From assembly GCA_964658255.1 (NCBI GenBank), contig CAZZYO010000006.1:407-64406 (forward strand): a stretch of DNA of 64,000 bases, read 5' to 3'. Both the position numbers and the translations under genes were made by a program. The notes under the pieces are model-generated. The model had not been told where the DNA came from and did no database searches. It worked only from the letters and a program-made list of their open reading frames with translations. Of this stretch, positions 41,426-50,558 are shown in pieces. The first letter of the stretch is position 1. Every line of letters starts with the position of its first letter. This stretch comes from Candidatus Babeliales bacterium. GTDB taxonomy: Bacteria; Acidobacteriota; Terriglobia; Terriglobales; Acidobacteriaceae.

Positions 41426-42094
41426 CTAGCTGGGCTGCGCACCAGCAACAGCGGCTGGTTCCGCAACGAGATCCGCCGGCTTCGCGGGGCTGCCGTCAGG
41501 CGCAGCACTCCGGGGTGCCTTCTTGTTCGCGTTCGCCGCCGCCGAGGCAGCTTCCTTCTCCGCCATCATCTTCTTGCCGGGAGCGATGATCGCGTGGAGC
41601 GTCGTTCCTTCCATGCGGGGCATAAACTCGACCACGCCGGTTTCCCCGATATCTACGATCAGCCGGTTGATGATGTTGTAACCCAGGTCGCGATGGGCCA
41701 TCTGGCGGCCGCGAAACCGCAGCGAAGCTTTAACCTTGTCGCCTTCGCCAAGGAAGCGCACGGCCATGTTCTTTTTCGTCTGGTAATCATGCTCATCGAC
41801 AGTAACCGAGAACTTGACTTCCTTGATGACGATGATCTTCTGCTTCTTGCGAGCGGCGCGATCGCTCTTATCCTTCTCGTAAAGGAACTTGCCGTAATCC
41901 TGGATGCGGCACACAGGCGGCACAGCGCTCGGCGAGACTTCAACCAGATCAAGCCCGCGCTCGCGGGCGATCTTCAAGGCCTCAAAGGGCGGCAGGATAC
42001 CGAGTTGCTCGCCATTCTCGTCGATCACGCGAACTTCGCGTGCGCGGATCTTATCGTTGATGCGGATGAACTGTTTGGCCGAACGCTTGTCGAT
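41426..42094 (-). CDS. infC: translation initiation factor IF-3, non-canonical (ATC) start
   Basis: Conserved IRINDKIRAREVRVIDENGEQLG...PPVCRIQDYGKFLYEK. The conserved N-terminus extends upstream of the only canonical start (GTG at 42028). In-frame ATC ATC follows GGAGGG. Confidence 0.85.
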   Translation of the reverse strand: MDKRSAKQFIRINDKIRAREVRVIDENGEQLGILPPFEALKIARERGLDLVEVSPSAVPPVCRIQDYGKFLYEKDKSDRAARKKQKIIVIKEVKFSVTVDEHDYQTKKNMAVRFLGEGDKVKASLRFRGRQMAHRDLGYNIINRLIVDIGETGVVEFMPRMEGTTLHAIIAPGKKMMAEKEAASAAANANKKAPRSAAPDGSPAKPADLVAEPAAVAGAQPS

Positions 42095-42480
42095 GATTCC
42101 CTCCGGAACAGGTGCGGGCGCGTAACCCTCGGTAACAGTCTATCACCGGGCCACAAAGGCCTTGCGTCGTTAAGGTGCGCAGGTCACCCGCTCGGGGTGA
42201 CCGCTGAACGCGGGCTGAGGCCGGCCAGCCGGTCTGCTCTTGTCAGTGGGTGCAGGATACAAGGGCCGTTCTGCTCCGGAATGGCTGGTTATGTTGCCAC
42301 GCGCTTGATCCAGCAGACTACGCCCATGAACCATCCCAGTACACCTCCGCAGTATTCCGCCAGGCCAGTTGTTGAGGTCACCAAAGTGCGCTAAATGACC
42401 CACGGTGCCTTCGGCAACTGCTAGAATCGGCCTCGCTGAAGCAACGTTTTCCGCACAATCTGCACCCTCCAGGAGGAGTA

Positions 42481-42909
42481 GTGGCGAACAAGCGACGTAT
42501 TCTGCTCGTGGATGATGAACTCACTATCCTGCTCACTCTCAAGGCGGTTCTTGAGATCAGCGGTTTTGACGTGGAGACAGCTGCCTCGGCGAGAGAAGCC
42601 AAGTCCAAGATCAAGACCCACCAGTATCAGATGATCATCACCGATATGAGGATGGAGAGCGAAACCGCCGGCCTTGAAGTGGTGCAGGCGGCCAAGAAGG
42701 CCTCCTATCAGCCCGCAGTAGCCATGCTGACCGCATTCCCCCTGCCGGGGCACGAGTGGTCAGACGGAGGCGTCGACAAGATGCTCGTCAAGCCAATGAA
42801 CACCCACGACCTGCTTAACCAGCTTGAAGCCCTGCTCATCTCGCATGAAGACAAGAAGCGCAAGGCGGCGAGCATGCCAGCCAGCGCAAGCAAGATCGCA
42901 AACGCGTGA
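42481..42909 (+). CDS. single-domain response regulator (CheY-like receiver)
   Basis: RILLVDDE...MIITDMRM...KP receiver motifs. GTG start preceded by AGGAGGAG. Confidence 0.8.
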   Translation: MANKRRILLVDDELTILLTLKAVLEISGFDVETAASAREAKSKIKTHQYQMIITDMRMESETAGLEVVQAAKKASYQPAVAMLTAFPLPGHEWSDGGVDKMLVKPMNTHDLLNQLEALLISHEDKKRKAASMPASASKIANA

Positions 42910-43209
42910 TCATCGCAGGGAGATAAGGCTGCCTCGTGACGCAGCCTCGAGTCTCCGACCTGCTGGGGCTTCCTTCCCTACCATTATTTGTATAAACGAC
43001 CTCGCCACCCGTGAGTTTTGCAAGACGCGACCCGCCTGCGCCGCCCTCAATCCCTAGCAGCCCGAAGCTAACTCCCGACACTTAAGTAACTTGCATCTGC
43101 ATGAATACTCGATGCCACTTTGGACTTGAGATTGCTAGATAGGGGAGCACGCCGCGAACTGCCCAACGCTCCCGGTGCAAACCCTCTTCACCAAGGATCT
43201 TTCTTGAAG

Positions 43210-46200
43210 ATGAACCGTTCGTTTGCCACGCAACTGCTAACAGTTGCCACGTTGGCGATTGCTTCTTTCGGGTCCGCTCATGCAGCGGACGTCACCGCCC
43301 GGATCCGTGGCATCATTACTGACCCCAAGGGCGCAGTGATCCCGGACATTACCGTCACCGCGACCAACGTATCGACAGGTGTCAATTTCACCACCCAAAG
43401 CCAGGGCAATGGCACCTATGAGTTCCTGCACCTTCCCATTGGCACCTACAGTATCTCTGCCTCGGGGCCCGGTTTCGGCACTTTCACGGCGAATGGAATT
43501 CGGCTCGACATCGACACCGAGTACGTGGAGCCGGTCCAGCTCGCAGTTGGCGGCGACCAGCAGAATGTTACCGTAGCCGCGGACGCAGTCCAGGTGGATA
43601 CGTCGAACATGCAGCTGAACAACGTGGTTGAAGCAGCGCAGATCGTTGAGCTGCCGCTGGTCGGACGCAACTTCACCCAGCTCGAGCAGCTTCTTCCGGG
43701 TGTGCAGGCGCAGAGCGATCGCTTCGCCTCCTACTCGGCCAACGGCGCCCAGGCCCAGCAGTCCAGCTTCCTGCTCAATGGCACCGATACCAACGATCTG
43801 CCTCTGAACGGACTCACTTTTTCACCCAGTCCCGACGCGCTTTCCGAGTTCAACCTCATCACCAGTTCGCTCAACCCCGAGTACTCGCGCAACTCCGGCG
43901 CCATTGTGAGCGCGACCTTCAAGACCGGGACCAACCACGTCCATGGGGACGCGTTCGACTTCTACCGCGATACCTTTCTCAACACGAAGAGCTATTTCCA
44001 GAACGCGCCTTCAAAGTTCCACCAGAACCTGTTTGGCGGAACGCTCGGCGGTCCGATCCTGCGCGATAAGCTCTTCGGCTTCGGCTCCTACCAGGGCACC
44101 CGCTCCACGAGCCCCCAGTCGGTCAACAACAACATCGTCTACTCGGCGGAGCAGCGGACGGGTAACTTCACCGGGACCAACTTCTCGACCCACTTGATCC
44201 CTGGCACGATCAACATCCCCGGCTGCACCGGGATGACCTATGCGGCGTGCTTTGCCGGAGGGCAGATCCCCGGCGGCGCAGCGAGCTTCAATCCCATCGC
44301 GGCAAAGCTGCTTCAGACCTATGTCCCGCTGCCCAACGCGACCGGCAACCTGTACCTGTTCAATCCCACGACGGCCACGGTGCAGGATCAGGGAATCGGC
44401 CGTATCGACTTCAATCCGACCGCGAAGGATCAGATCTGGGGCGTGGTGGTCTTCCAGCACAATCCAACCAGCGACGTACTTCCGTTCACGGGAGCCACGC
44501 TGCCTGGCTTCGGTGACGTCAATACGAGCGAAATCCACCAGTATGCCGCCTCCTACACCCGGCAGATCAGTGCTTCCGCGTTGAACGAGTTGAGTGCGCA
44601 CTACACCCGCTTCAACTACGGTGCTGTGTCGCCGCAACAGGTCGTTCAGCCATCCTCGGTGGGATTTGACATTACCTCGCAGAACCCAAGCGTTGCCGGT
44701 TTGCCGCGGATCACCGTGGGCAACAACTTCACGCTCGGCTTCAGCAACAACGGGCCACAGCCGCGCGTCGACCAGACCTATCAACTTGATGACAACTTCT
44801 CCAAGGTCGCTGGCCGCCACTCCCTCAAGTTCGGCTATGACGGCCGTCGCTTCAATGTCGACAACCCGTTCTACTCGAACAACAACGGTACCTACGGCTT
44901 CACCAACAGCAACTCGATCGGCTCCGGGAGCTCGCTGGTTGACTTCCTGCTCGGCGTTCCCAACAGCTACGGCCAAAGTGCCGGCGGCCGCATCGACGCC
45001 TATGCCTATGAGCACTATGTATATGGGCAGGACAACTGGAAGGCGACCGACAGCCTCAACATCACCTACGGCGTGGGATACCAGATCGACACGGCGTTCC
45101 ACAACAAGCAGTACGGCGGCGAGGGTGTCACCTGCTTCATTCCTGGCCAGCAGTCGAAGGTCTTCCCGACCGCGCCGCTCGCCCTCAACTATCCCGGTGA
45201 CCCTGGCTGCAACGATGCCAGTGGCGCTGTGACCGCGTTCAAGGATGTAGGTCCTCGCATCGGCTTCGCCTACTCGCCGGACTTCGGCTTCCTGTCCGGC
45301 GGGCAGTCCCATAAGATGTCGATTCGCGGCGGCTTTGGCATCTACTTCAACCGGTCAGAAGAAGAAACGTCCCTGAACAACCTGGGTGACCCACCGTTCG
45401 GCTTGTCGTCCGCTGGTGCGGTAGACTATGGCGCACTCAAGCCCGGTTTTACCAATCCCTACCAGGATGTCCAGTCGGGCGCAGTCTACCCAAACAAGTT
45501 CCCGGCAACCTTTGCCAAGCCCGGACAGGCGGTGGACTTTACGCCGTTTGAACCGCTGAGCCTGAGCCAGTACGCCGCAGGCTTCCGGGTGCCCTACTCA
45601 GAGAACTTCCAGCTGACCGTCGAGCGTGAGCTGCCGAGTCAGATTATCGCCAAGCTGAGCTATGTCGGCTCTCTTGGCCGCCATGAGCAGATTGCTATCG
45701 AAGGCAATCCGATCACCGCCACCGGCCACGCTGCGTGTGCGGCTGATCCAAGCTGCGTAGGCAGCGCCGATACCCAGTCGCTGAATTACCCGACGCATTC
45801 GCTCTACGGCAACAGCGACACCTTTCCGAGTGTTGGTCTGATCTCTACCGAGGGAGCGTCAAACTACAACTCTCTGCAGGCAAGCGCAACCAAGGGCGTC
45901 ACCCACGGACTGCTCTTCCAGGCCAGCTACACCTATAGCCATGCTCTCGATAACGCCTCCTCTTACGAGGATTCAGGCTATGGCTCCATTGCCACCGGCC
46001 AAAGCACGCGCGGCTACAACCAGTACCAACCATCGCTGAACTACGGCAACTCCACTTACGACGCACGCCACCGCTTTGTCTTCTCGCCGGTCTATGTTGT
46101 CCCCACCATCAAGGGCGGCAGCGGAGCCCTCAAGACAGTCACCAACCTGCTTGGCAGCGGCTGGGAAATCAGCGGCATTGAAACTCTCGCTACCGGCTTC

Positions 46201-46695
46201 CCCTATGACATCTCCTACGGGGGCGGCGTGTCCTACTCGCTCTACTGCTCTGCCGGCACCTCCTTCTATGCCTGCCCTGACGTGCCTCTCCAGGTCGCGG
46301 GCATACAGCGCATCGATCCCCGTAACGTTAATCTTGCTCAAAGCGGCAAGTCAGCCTGGTTCCACGCGACCAGCTTTGCAACCGAGCCTACTGGTTCCTT
46401 CGGCAACATCAGCCGCAACAAGTATCACGGGCCCGGCCTCAACAACACAGACGTGCAGGTCTCAAAAAACATCTACTTCACGGGTGCAAACGAAAACCGT
46501 TTCATCCAGCTGCGGATCGAGAGCTATAACGTCTTCAACCACACGCAGTTCAGCAACCCGGATGGCAACTTCGGCGATGCCAACCTGGACACGAACGGCT
46601 TTGCCGGCGTCGATGCAAGCTCCACCTTCGGCACCATCACCGCGGTGCAGCATCAGCCGCGCGTGACCCAGCTCAGCGGGAAGGTTTACTTCTGA
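43210..46695 (+). CDS. TonB-dependent outer-membrane receptor with N-terminal carboxypeptidase-regulatory-like domain
   Basis: Signal peptide ending SAHA. IRGIITDPKGAVIPDITVTATNVSTG...GTYEFLHLPIGTYSI. Long beta-barrel ending in GKVYF. Confidence 0.85.
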   Translation: MNRSFATQLLTVATLAIASFGSAHAADVTARIRGIITDPKGAVIPDITVTATNVSTGVNFTTQSQGNGTYEFLHLPIGTYSISASGPGFGTFTANGIRLDIDTEYVEPVQLAVGGDQQNVTVAADAVQVDTSNMQLNNVVEAAQIVELPLVGRNFTQLEQLLPGVQAQSDRFASYSANGAQAQQSSFLLNGTDTNDLPLNGLTFSPSPDALSEFNLITSSLNPEYSRNSGAIVSATFKTGTNHVHGDAFDFYRDTFLNTKSYFQNAPSKFHQNLFGGTLGGPILRDKLFGFGSYQGTRSTSPQSVNNNIVYSAEQRTGNFTGTNFSTHLIPGTINIPGCTGMTYAACFAGGQIPGGAASFNPIAAKLLQTYVPLPNATGNLYLFNPTTATVQDQGIGRIDFNPTAKDQIWGVVVFQHNPTSDVLPFTGATLPGFGDVNTSEIHQYAASYTRQISASALNELSAHYTRFNYGAVSPQQVVQPSSVGFDITSQNPSVAGLPRITVGNNFTLGFSNNGPQPRVDQTYQLDDNFSKVAGRHSLKFGYDGRRFNVDNPFYSNNNGTYGFTNSNSIGSGSSLVDFLLGVPNSYGQSAGGRIDAYAYEHYVYGQDNWKATDSLNITYGVGYQIDTAFHNKQYGGEGVTCFIPGQQSKVFPTAPLALNYPGDPGCNDASGAVTAFKDVGPRIGFAYSPDFGFLSGGQSHKMSIRGGFGIYFNRSEEETSLNNLGDPPFGLSSAGAVDYGALKPGFTNPYQDVQSGAVYPNKFPATFAKPGQAVDFTPFEPLSLSQYAAGFRVPYSENFQLTVERELPSQIIAKLSYVGSLGRHEQIAIEGNPITATGHAACAADPSCVGSADTQSLNYPTHSLYGNSDTFPSVGLISTEGASNYNSLQASATKGVTHGLLFQASYTYSHALDNASSYEDSGYGSIATGQSTRGYNQYQPSLNYGNSTYDARHRFVFSPVYVVPTIKGGSGALKTVTNLLGSGWEISGIETLATGFPYDISYGGGVSYSLYCSAGTSFYACPDVPLQVAGIQRIDPRNVNLAQSGKSAWFHATSFATEPTGSFGNISRNKYHGPGLNNTDVQVSKNIYFTGANENRFIQLRIESYNVFNHTQFSNPDGNFGDANLDTNGFAGVDASSTFGTITAVQHQPRVTQLSGKVYF

Positions 46696-46754
46696 AGCTG
46701 ACAGGGCGGGCCGGACCAGATGCCGGCTCGTCCTGTTGACCCAGCCCCAAAACG

Positions 46755-46786
46755 AAAAAGGCCCAGCGCGTGCGCTGGGCCTTTTT
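46755..46786. terminator. bidirectional intrinsic terminator
   Basis: aaaaaGGCCCAGCGCgtGCGCTGGGCCttttt is a 10-bp perfect stem. It lies between the convergent receptor gene and rpsU. Confidence 0.7.
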
Positions 46787-46810
46787 GTTGTGTTTCAACC
46801 CTGAGGAGGA

Positions 46811-47008
46811 TTAATCCGCTTCCTTCCGGGCCTTCTTACGATTCCGCTTGCGCGCCAGCGCTTCCTTCACGCGACGCTTTTCACCGGGCTTCAGGTAGAA
46901 GCTGTGACGCTTCACTTCCTTGATGATGTCTTCGGTCTGCACCTTGCGCTTGAAGCGCCGCAATGCATTTTCAAGCGGCTCGCCTTCCTGCACGCGAACC
47001 TCTGCCAA
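46811..47008 (-). CDS. rpsU: 30S ribosomal protein S21
   Basis: (M)AEVRVQEGEPLENALRRFKRKVQ. TTG start at 47008 with GAGGTG 7 nt upstream. Confidence 0.9.
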   Translation of the reverse strand: MAEVRVQEGEPLENALRRFKRKVQTEDIIKEVKRHSFYLKPGEKRRVKEALARKRNRKKARKEAD

Positions 47009-47217
47009 TGGAATACACCTCAAATCCTGCCTAGGCGGCCCTTACAGGATACAGCAGTTCCAGTAGCCCGGTTCAGCCCCTCTTCCAGAAATCTGAGATT
47101 TAGGTTGCCTCTCGGCTCCGAACTGAGCACAATGGCTCCGTGCGAAACACCCCCCTGGTTCGCGCGAAGTATTCCGGCTGCCCCTCCCGCCTAATCCTTC
47201 TAACCCGGAGTTGCTCT

Positions 47218-47739
47218 TTGAAGTCCAAGTCCCTCGTACTTGCTATGTCCTGTCTGGGGCTGCTCGCTCCAGCGCTCCAAGCCCAAACAATCGCCACCTT
47301 CTCCTGCCCGGCAACCAGCGGTAGTTACCTGCCGGCGCTCTCAGCCTCTGTGTACGCGTTCAACTTCGATGTCGATCAGACAGAGAACCTGCTCGACGCC
47401 ACCATCTACCTGGACGCTTCTATCCTGCCTCTGCTGCTCTTCTCAGAGAGCGGCACCTACTCCCAATGCACGATCGTGAGCGGAAGCCAAACGGTCTACT
47501 TCTTCAACGCGGTCAACCAGGGGGTCTCCGGCACGGCGATTGGACCTGGTTTTCAAAGCGCATCCGGGCAGGTGTACGTCAGCACCCTTCTCACCTTCCA
47601 GGAGCTTTCCGTAGGCGGGACGACCATCAGCGTCAAAGCTCCTTTCTCCGCTGACGCTCTCGCCAACGCGAAGGCTGTCTTTAAAAGCAGGGCTCTTGGA
47701 ATACCAAAGAGCAGCCCAATCCAAACATCTGCCCACTGA
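47218..47739 (+). CDS. hypothetical secreted protein
   Basis: TTG at 47218 (GGAG 7 nt upstream) gives the signal peptide (M)KSKSLVLAMSCLGLLAPALQA. No family recognised. Confidence 0.45.
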   Translation: MKSKSLVLAMSCLGLLAPALQAQTIATFSCPATSGSYLPALSASVYAFNFDVDQTENLLDATIYLDASILPLLLFSESGTYSQCTIVSGSQTVYFFNAVNQGVSGTAIGPGFQSASGQVYVSTLLTFQELSVGGTTISVKAPFSADALANAKAVFKSRALGIPKSSPIQTSAH

Positions 47740-47968
47740 AAACTCCTCGATGACCAGGCGTGTTGCCTCACGGGCAACAGGCTCGGCATCTTCCACAAAA
47801 CGTAGATCAAGCCTCGCAGCACTCCCCCAGCGGGCTACTACGGATGCAGGCGCGCGGTCGGCTCTCTACGTCGAGCGCGCCTCTCTCCCTACTGCGGCGC
47901 GAGCGCAACATCCACCAAGCCCTGGCAGCGAGCGGCGCAGCCATACGTTTCGTTTATCCTGAACGCTC

Positions 47969-49090
47969 ATGATGCAGACAGATCCCGCAGCTCGGACAGA
48001 CCCGCAGGACATACCAACGCTCACCAGCTACGCCGAGGCTGCGCTCGAAGCGAGTTTCAACGCGCTTACCCGCGAAGCGAACCAAACGCTGACGAGTCCG
48101 GAAGAGGTGGAGCGGTACCGCCTGCACTGGCTGGGGCGTAAGCAGGGCCGTCTCAAGCTGGTATCAGAGGCGTGGCTCAAGGCGGCACCGCCCGAGGCCA
48201 AGCGCACCCTGGGCCAGCGCTTTAACCAGCTCAAGGCGTCGATCGAGCGCCGGCTGGAAGAGGCGGCGCATGCTGGGAGCGGGCACGCGCTCGACGCCGA
48301 GGCGATCGACATCACCCTCCCCGGCGTGCAGGCTGCCCTCGGCGCCGAGCACCCGCTCATCAAGACCATGCACGAGATGGTCGCCGTCTTTGAGCGTATG
48401 GGCTACTCGGTTGGCGTCGGCCCCGAGGTTGAGACCGACTACTACAACTTCGAGTCGCTGAACTTTCCGCCCGGGCACCCCGCCCGCGACACCCAGGACA
48501 CGCTCGTGCTTGCCCACCAGGCCCGCAAGCCGCTGCGCGAGCGCCTGCTGATGCGCACGCACACGTCTCCGGTACAAATTCGGACCATGGAGGCGCAGCC
48601 GCCGCCGGTGCAGATCGTGATCCCGGGCAAGGTGCACCGCAACGACGAGTCGGACGCGACGCACTCGCCGGTCTTCCACCAGATCGAGGGGCTCTGCGTG
48701 GGTGAGGGCATCACCTTCGCCGACCTCAAGGGCACGCTCGACCACGCCATGCGCGAGTTCTTTGGCTCAAACGTCAAGACGCGCTTCTTTCCATCGTTCT
48801 TCCCCTTCACCGAGCCGAGCGCGGATGTGCAGATCTCGTGTCCGTTCTGCGGAGGGAAGGGCTGCCGGAAGTGCAAGCACTCGGGATGGATCGAACTGCT
48901 GGGCTGCGGGATGGTCGACCCGGCGGTCTTCGGCTTCGTGCAACAAAAGCAGCCGGCCTACGACCCGAAGAAGATCAGCGGGTTTGCGTTCGGCATGGGC
49001 GTGGATCGCATCGCGATGATGAAGTACGGGATTAGTGATATTGGGTTGTTGTACTCAGGGGACGTTAGATTTCTGGAGCAGTTTCGGTGA
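47969..49090 (+). CDS. pheS: phenylalanine--tRNA ligase alpha subunit
   Basis: HPARDTQDT, RTHTSPVQIR, FRNDE-like VHRNDESDATHSPVFHQIEG, GFAFGMGVDRIAM. Confidence 0.92.
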   Translation: MMQTDPAARTDPQDIPTLTSYAEAALEASFNALTREANQTLTSPEEVERYRLHWLGRKQGRLKLVSEAWLKAAPPEAKRTLGQRFNQLKASIERRLEEAAHAGSGHALDAEAIDITLPGVQAALGAEHPLIKTMHEMVAVFERMGYSVGVGPEVETDYYNFESLNFPPGHPARDTQDTLVLAHQARKPLRERLLMRTHTSPVQIRTMEAQPPPVQIVIPGKVHRNDESDATHSPVFHQIEGLCVGEGITFADLKGTLDHAMREFFGSNVKTRFFPSFFPFTEPSADVQISCPFCGGKGCRKCKHSGWIELLGCGMVDPAVFGFVQQKQPAYDPKKISGFAFGMGVDRIAMMKYGISDIGLLYSGDVRFLEQFR

Positions 49091-49115
49091 GGAGCGTGCA
49101 ATTCACACCTTGCCT

Positions 49116-50204
49116 CTAAGCACTCATCTGCTTCTGAGGCTCAGCTATAAGCGGCAACATGGCTGTAGCCGGAACAGCAGCAGCCATCGTGGTTCTTTGT
49201 TTGTACTCCCTTAATGCAAGTTCTAAGTCTCCCTCAGTCAATCTGTTGATGAAGGTGACAACCTCTTGAGAGTACTTGACAAGATTAGCAACGCTGGATT
49301 GCCAGCAAAAGTTTGGCTTCTTTTTAACGCCGTATTTCCAAGCGACTGCTTGAAGGACATAGCTAGTGAACGCCCTCCCGTGTAGCACTCTTACGGCATT
49401 TACAACATCCTTGGCGCGTAGCGGATGGCTCACGTTCGGATCGATCGCCTTTGTCACAATCAGTGGACCGTCCGATGAATCAAGAGAGTTCTGAATTCCG
49501 ACCAGAACATCAGCGTTGCCTATTTTCTTTACGGATTCTAGTTTGACGTTGAAAACTGTTAGGAGACGGGAGGTATCGAGTTCTCGAGACTCAAGAGATT
49601 GAGTTGATTCTGCTATCCGTGTCAGGAATTGCCTGACCGCATCGCTTTGTTTCACATTAGGCGTACGCCCGGATATATATTCAATCGGATCGATAGGCGT
49701 GTGCAGGCCGAGAGGCATCAAGTGCCACGTGATGTCGTGTGCGAGGTCCAACTTAAATGTTTCCTTGAGTAAATCGCGCAGGTTAACGATGCTTGTTTGC
49801 GCCAAAGCGTAGATGACCGAGCCGAACTGTGGAGTGTTGTAGAAATGCACAGCATTGTCTCTGTAAGTACTGAGGAGTTCGAGATTCAAACCAACAGCTT
49901 CTTTAACCAAGCCTTTGGGAACGAACCTTTCAGCCTTGCGAAAGGCATCTAGCAGGGAAAAGGTGCGATAAGGCTCGCCGCGTCGCTTTGGATAGAAAAT
50001 GCTGTGGCCATTCTTAGAGAGCAGCGCTTTAGTGATGAGCTCCCAAGCGTTAAGAAGAAGAATTACAAAGCACTCGTCGCGGTAATCAATCCGCGGCTTG
50101 TTGTAGATCTCGATTGCAGCCAGGAGAGCTGCTTTTCCATTGCCTAATAGTCGGCGATATGAACTTCTACGGTTCACACTTTTCCCCCGAAGCAGCTTGG
50201 ACAC
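49116..50204 (-). CDS. DUF3644-like protein on a low-GC islet
   Basis: AAIEIYNKPRIDYRDECFVILLLNAWELITKALL resembles the DUF3644 N-terminal motif (from memory). Hand counts of three 60-nt lines give 38-53% GC. Confidence 0.6.
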   Translation of the reverse strand: MSKLLRGKSVNRRSSYRRLLGNGKAALLAAIEIYNKPRIDYRDECFVILLLNAWELITKALLSKNGHSIFYPKRRGEPYRTFSLLDAFRKAERFVPKGLVKEAVGLNLELLSTYRDNAVHFYNTPQFGSVIYALAQTSIVNLRDLLKETFKLDLAHDITWHLMPLGLHTPIDPIEYISGRTPNVKQSDAVRQFLTRIAESTQSLESRELDTSRLLTVFNVKLESVKKIGNADVLVGIQNSLDSSDGPLIVTKAIDPNVSHPLRAKDVVNAVRVLHGRAFTSYVLQAVAWKYGVKKKPNFCWQSSVANLVKYSQEVVTFINRLTEGDLELALREYKQRTTMAAAVPATAMLPLIAEPQKQMSA

Positions 50205-50328
50205 TTACGGCATTCTTAATATAGTTCAAACATGCTGGGTGAGAGTTCCCCGTTCCGAAGGCCGGGTACCCCAAGTCTCGCGTTGGAGACGTTGGTTAGC
50301 CGCTACTCCACCAATCCCTGCAGGAAAT

Positions 50329-50493
50329 GTCCATCCTGAGCCAAGCGAAGGATCTGCGGTTGACCTTGCCTTGCAACGGAGGAGCGGTTTGCCTTGCTTT
50401 GTGGAGCGGAGCGAACGGTTCATCCAAAAGAAACGGCGTCCTTGCGCAAACGTAAAAAGCCAACCGCAGATCCTTCGCTTCGCTCAGGATGAC
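50329..50493. mobile_element. MITE-like palindromic element (33-34 nt terminal inverted repeats, about 98-nt core)
   Basis: Left arm gtccatcctgagccaagcgaaggatctgcggttg (50329-50362). Right arm caaccgcagatccttcgcttcgctcaggatgac (50461-50493). The arms are near-perfect reverse complements. Confidence 0.55.
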
Positions 50494-50558
50494 AAGCTTC
50501 CCAACTGCGGCCTGCTTCAAGGCGGCCTACTTGGGGATAGATACAGAGCGGAGCTGCC

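Noticed and set aside
44011-45312. Long antisense or alternative-frame ORFs inside confirmed genes. Examples are the 433-aa minus-strand ORF in the TonB receptor, 31039-32034 in ligA, 59144-60172 in gyrA, 51467-52375 in pheT and 8885-9634 in long paralog 1.
   Set aside because: These are typical high-GC shadow ORFs. They are Arg/Ala/Gly/Pro-rich and low in complexity, have no recognisable domains, and are fully contained in genes with strong homology signals.
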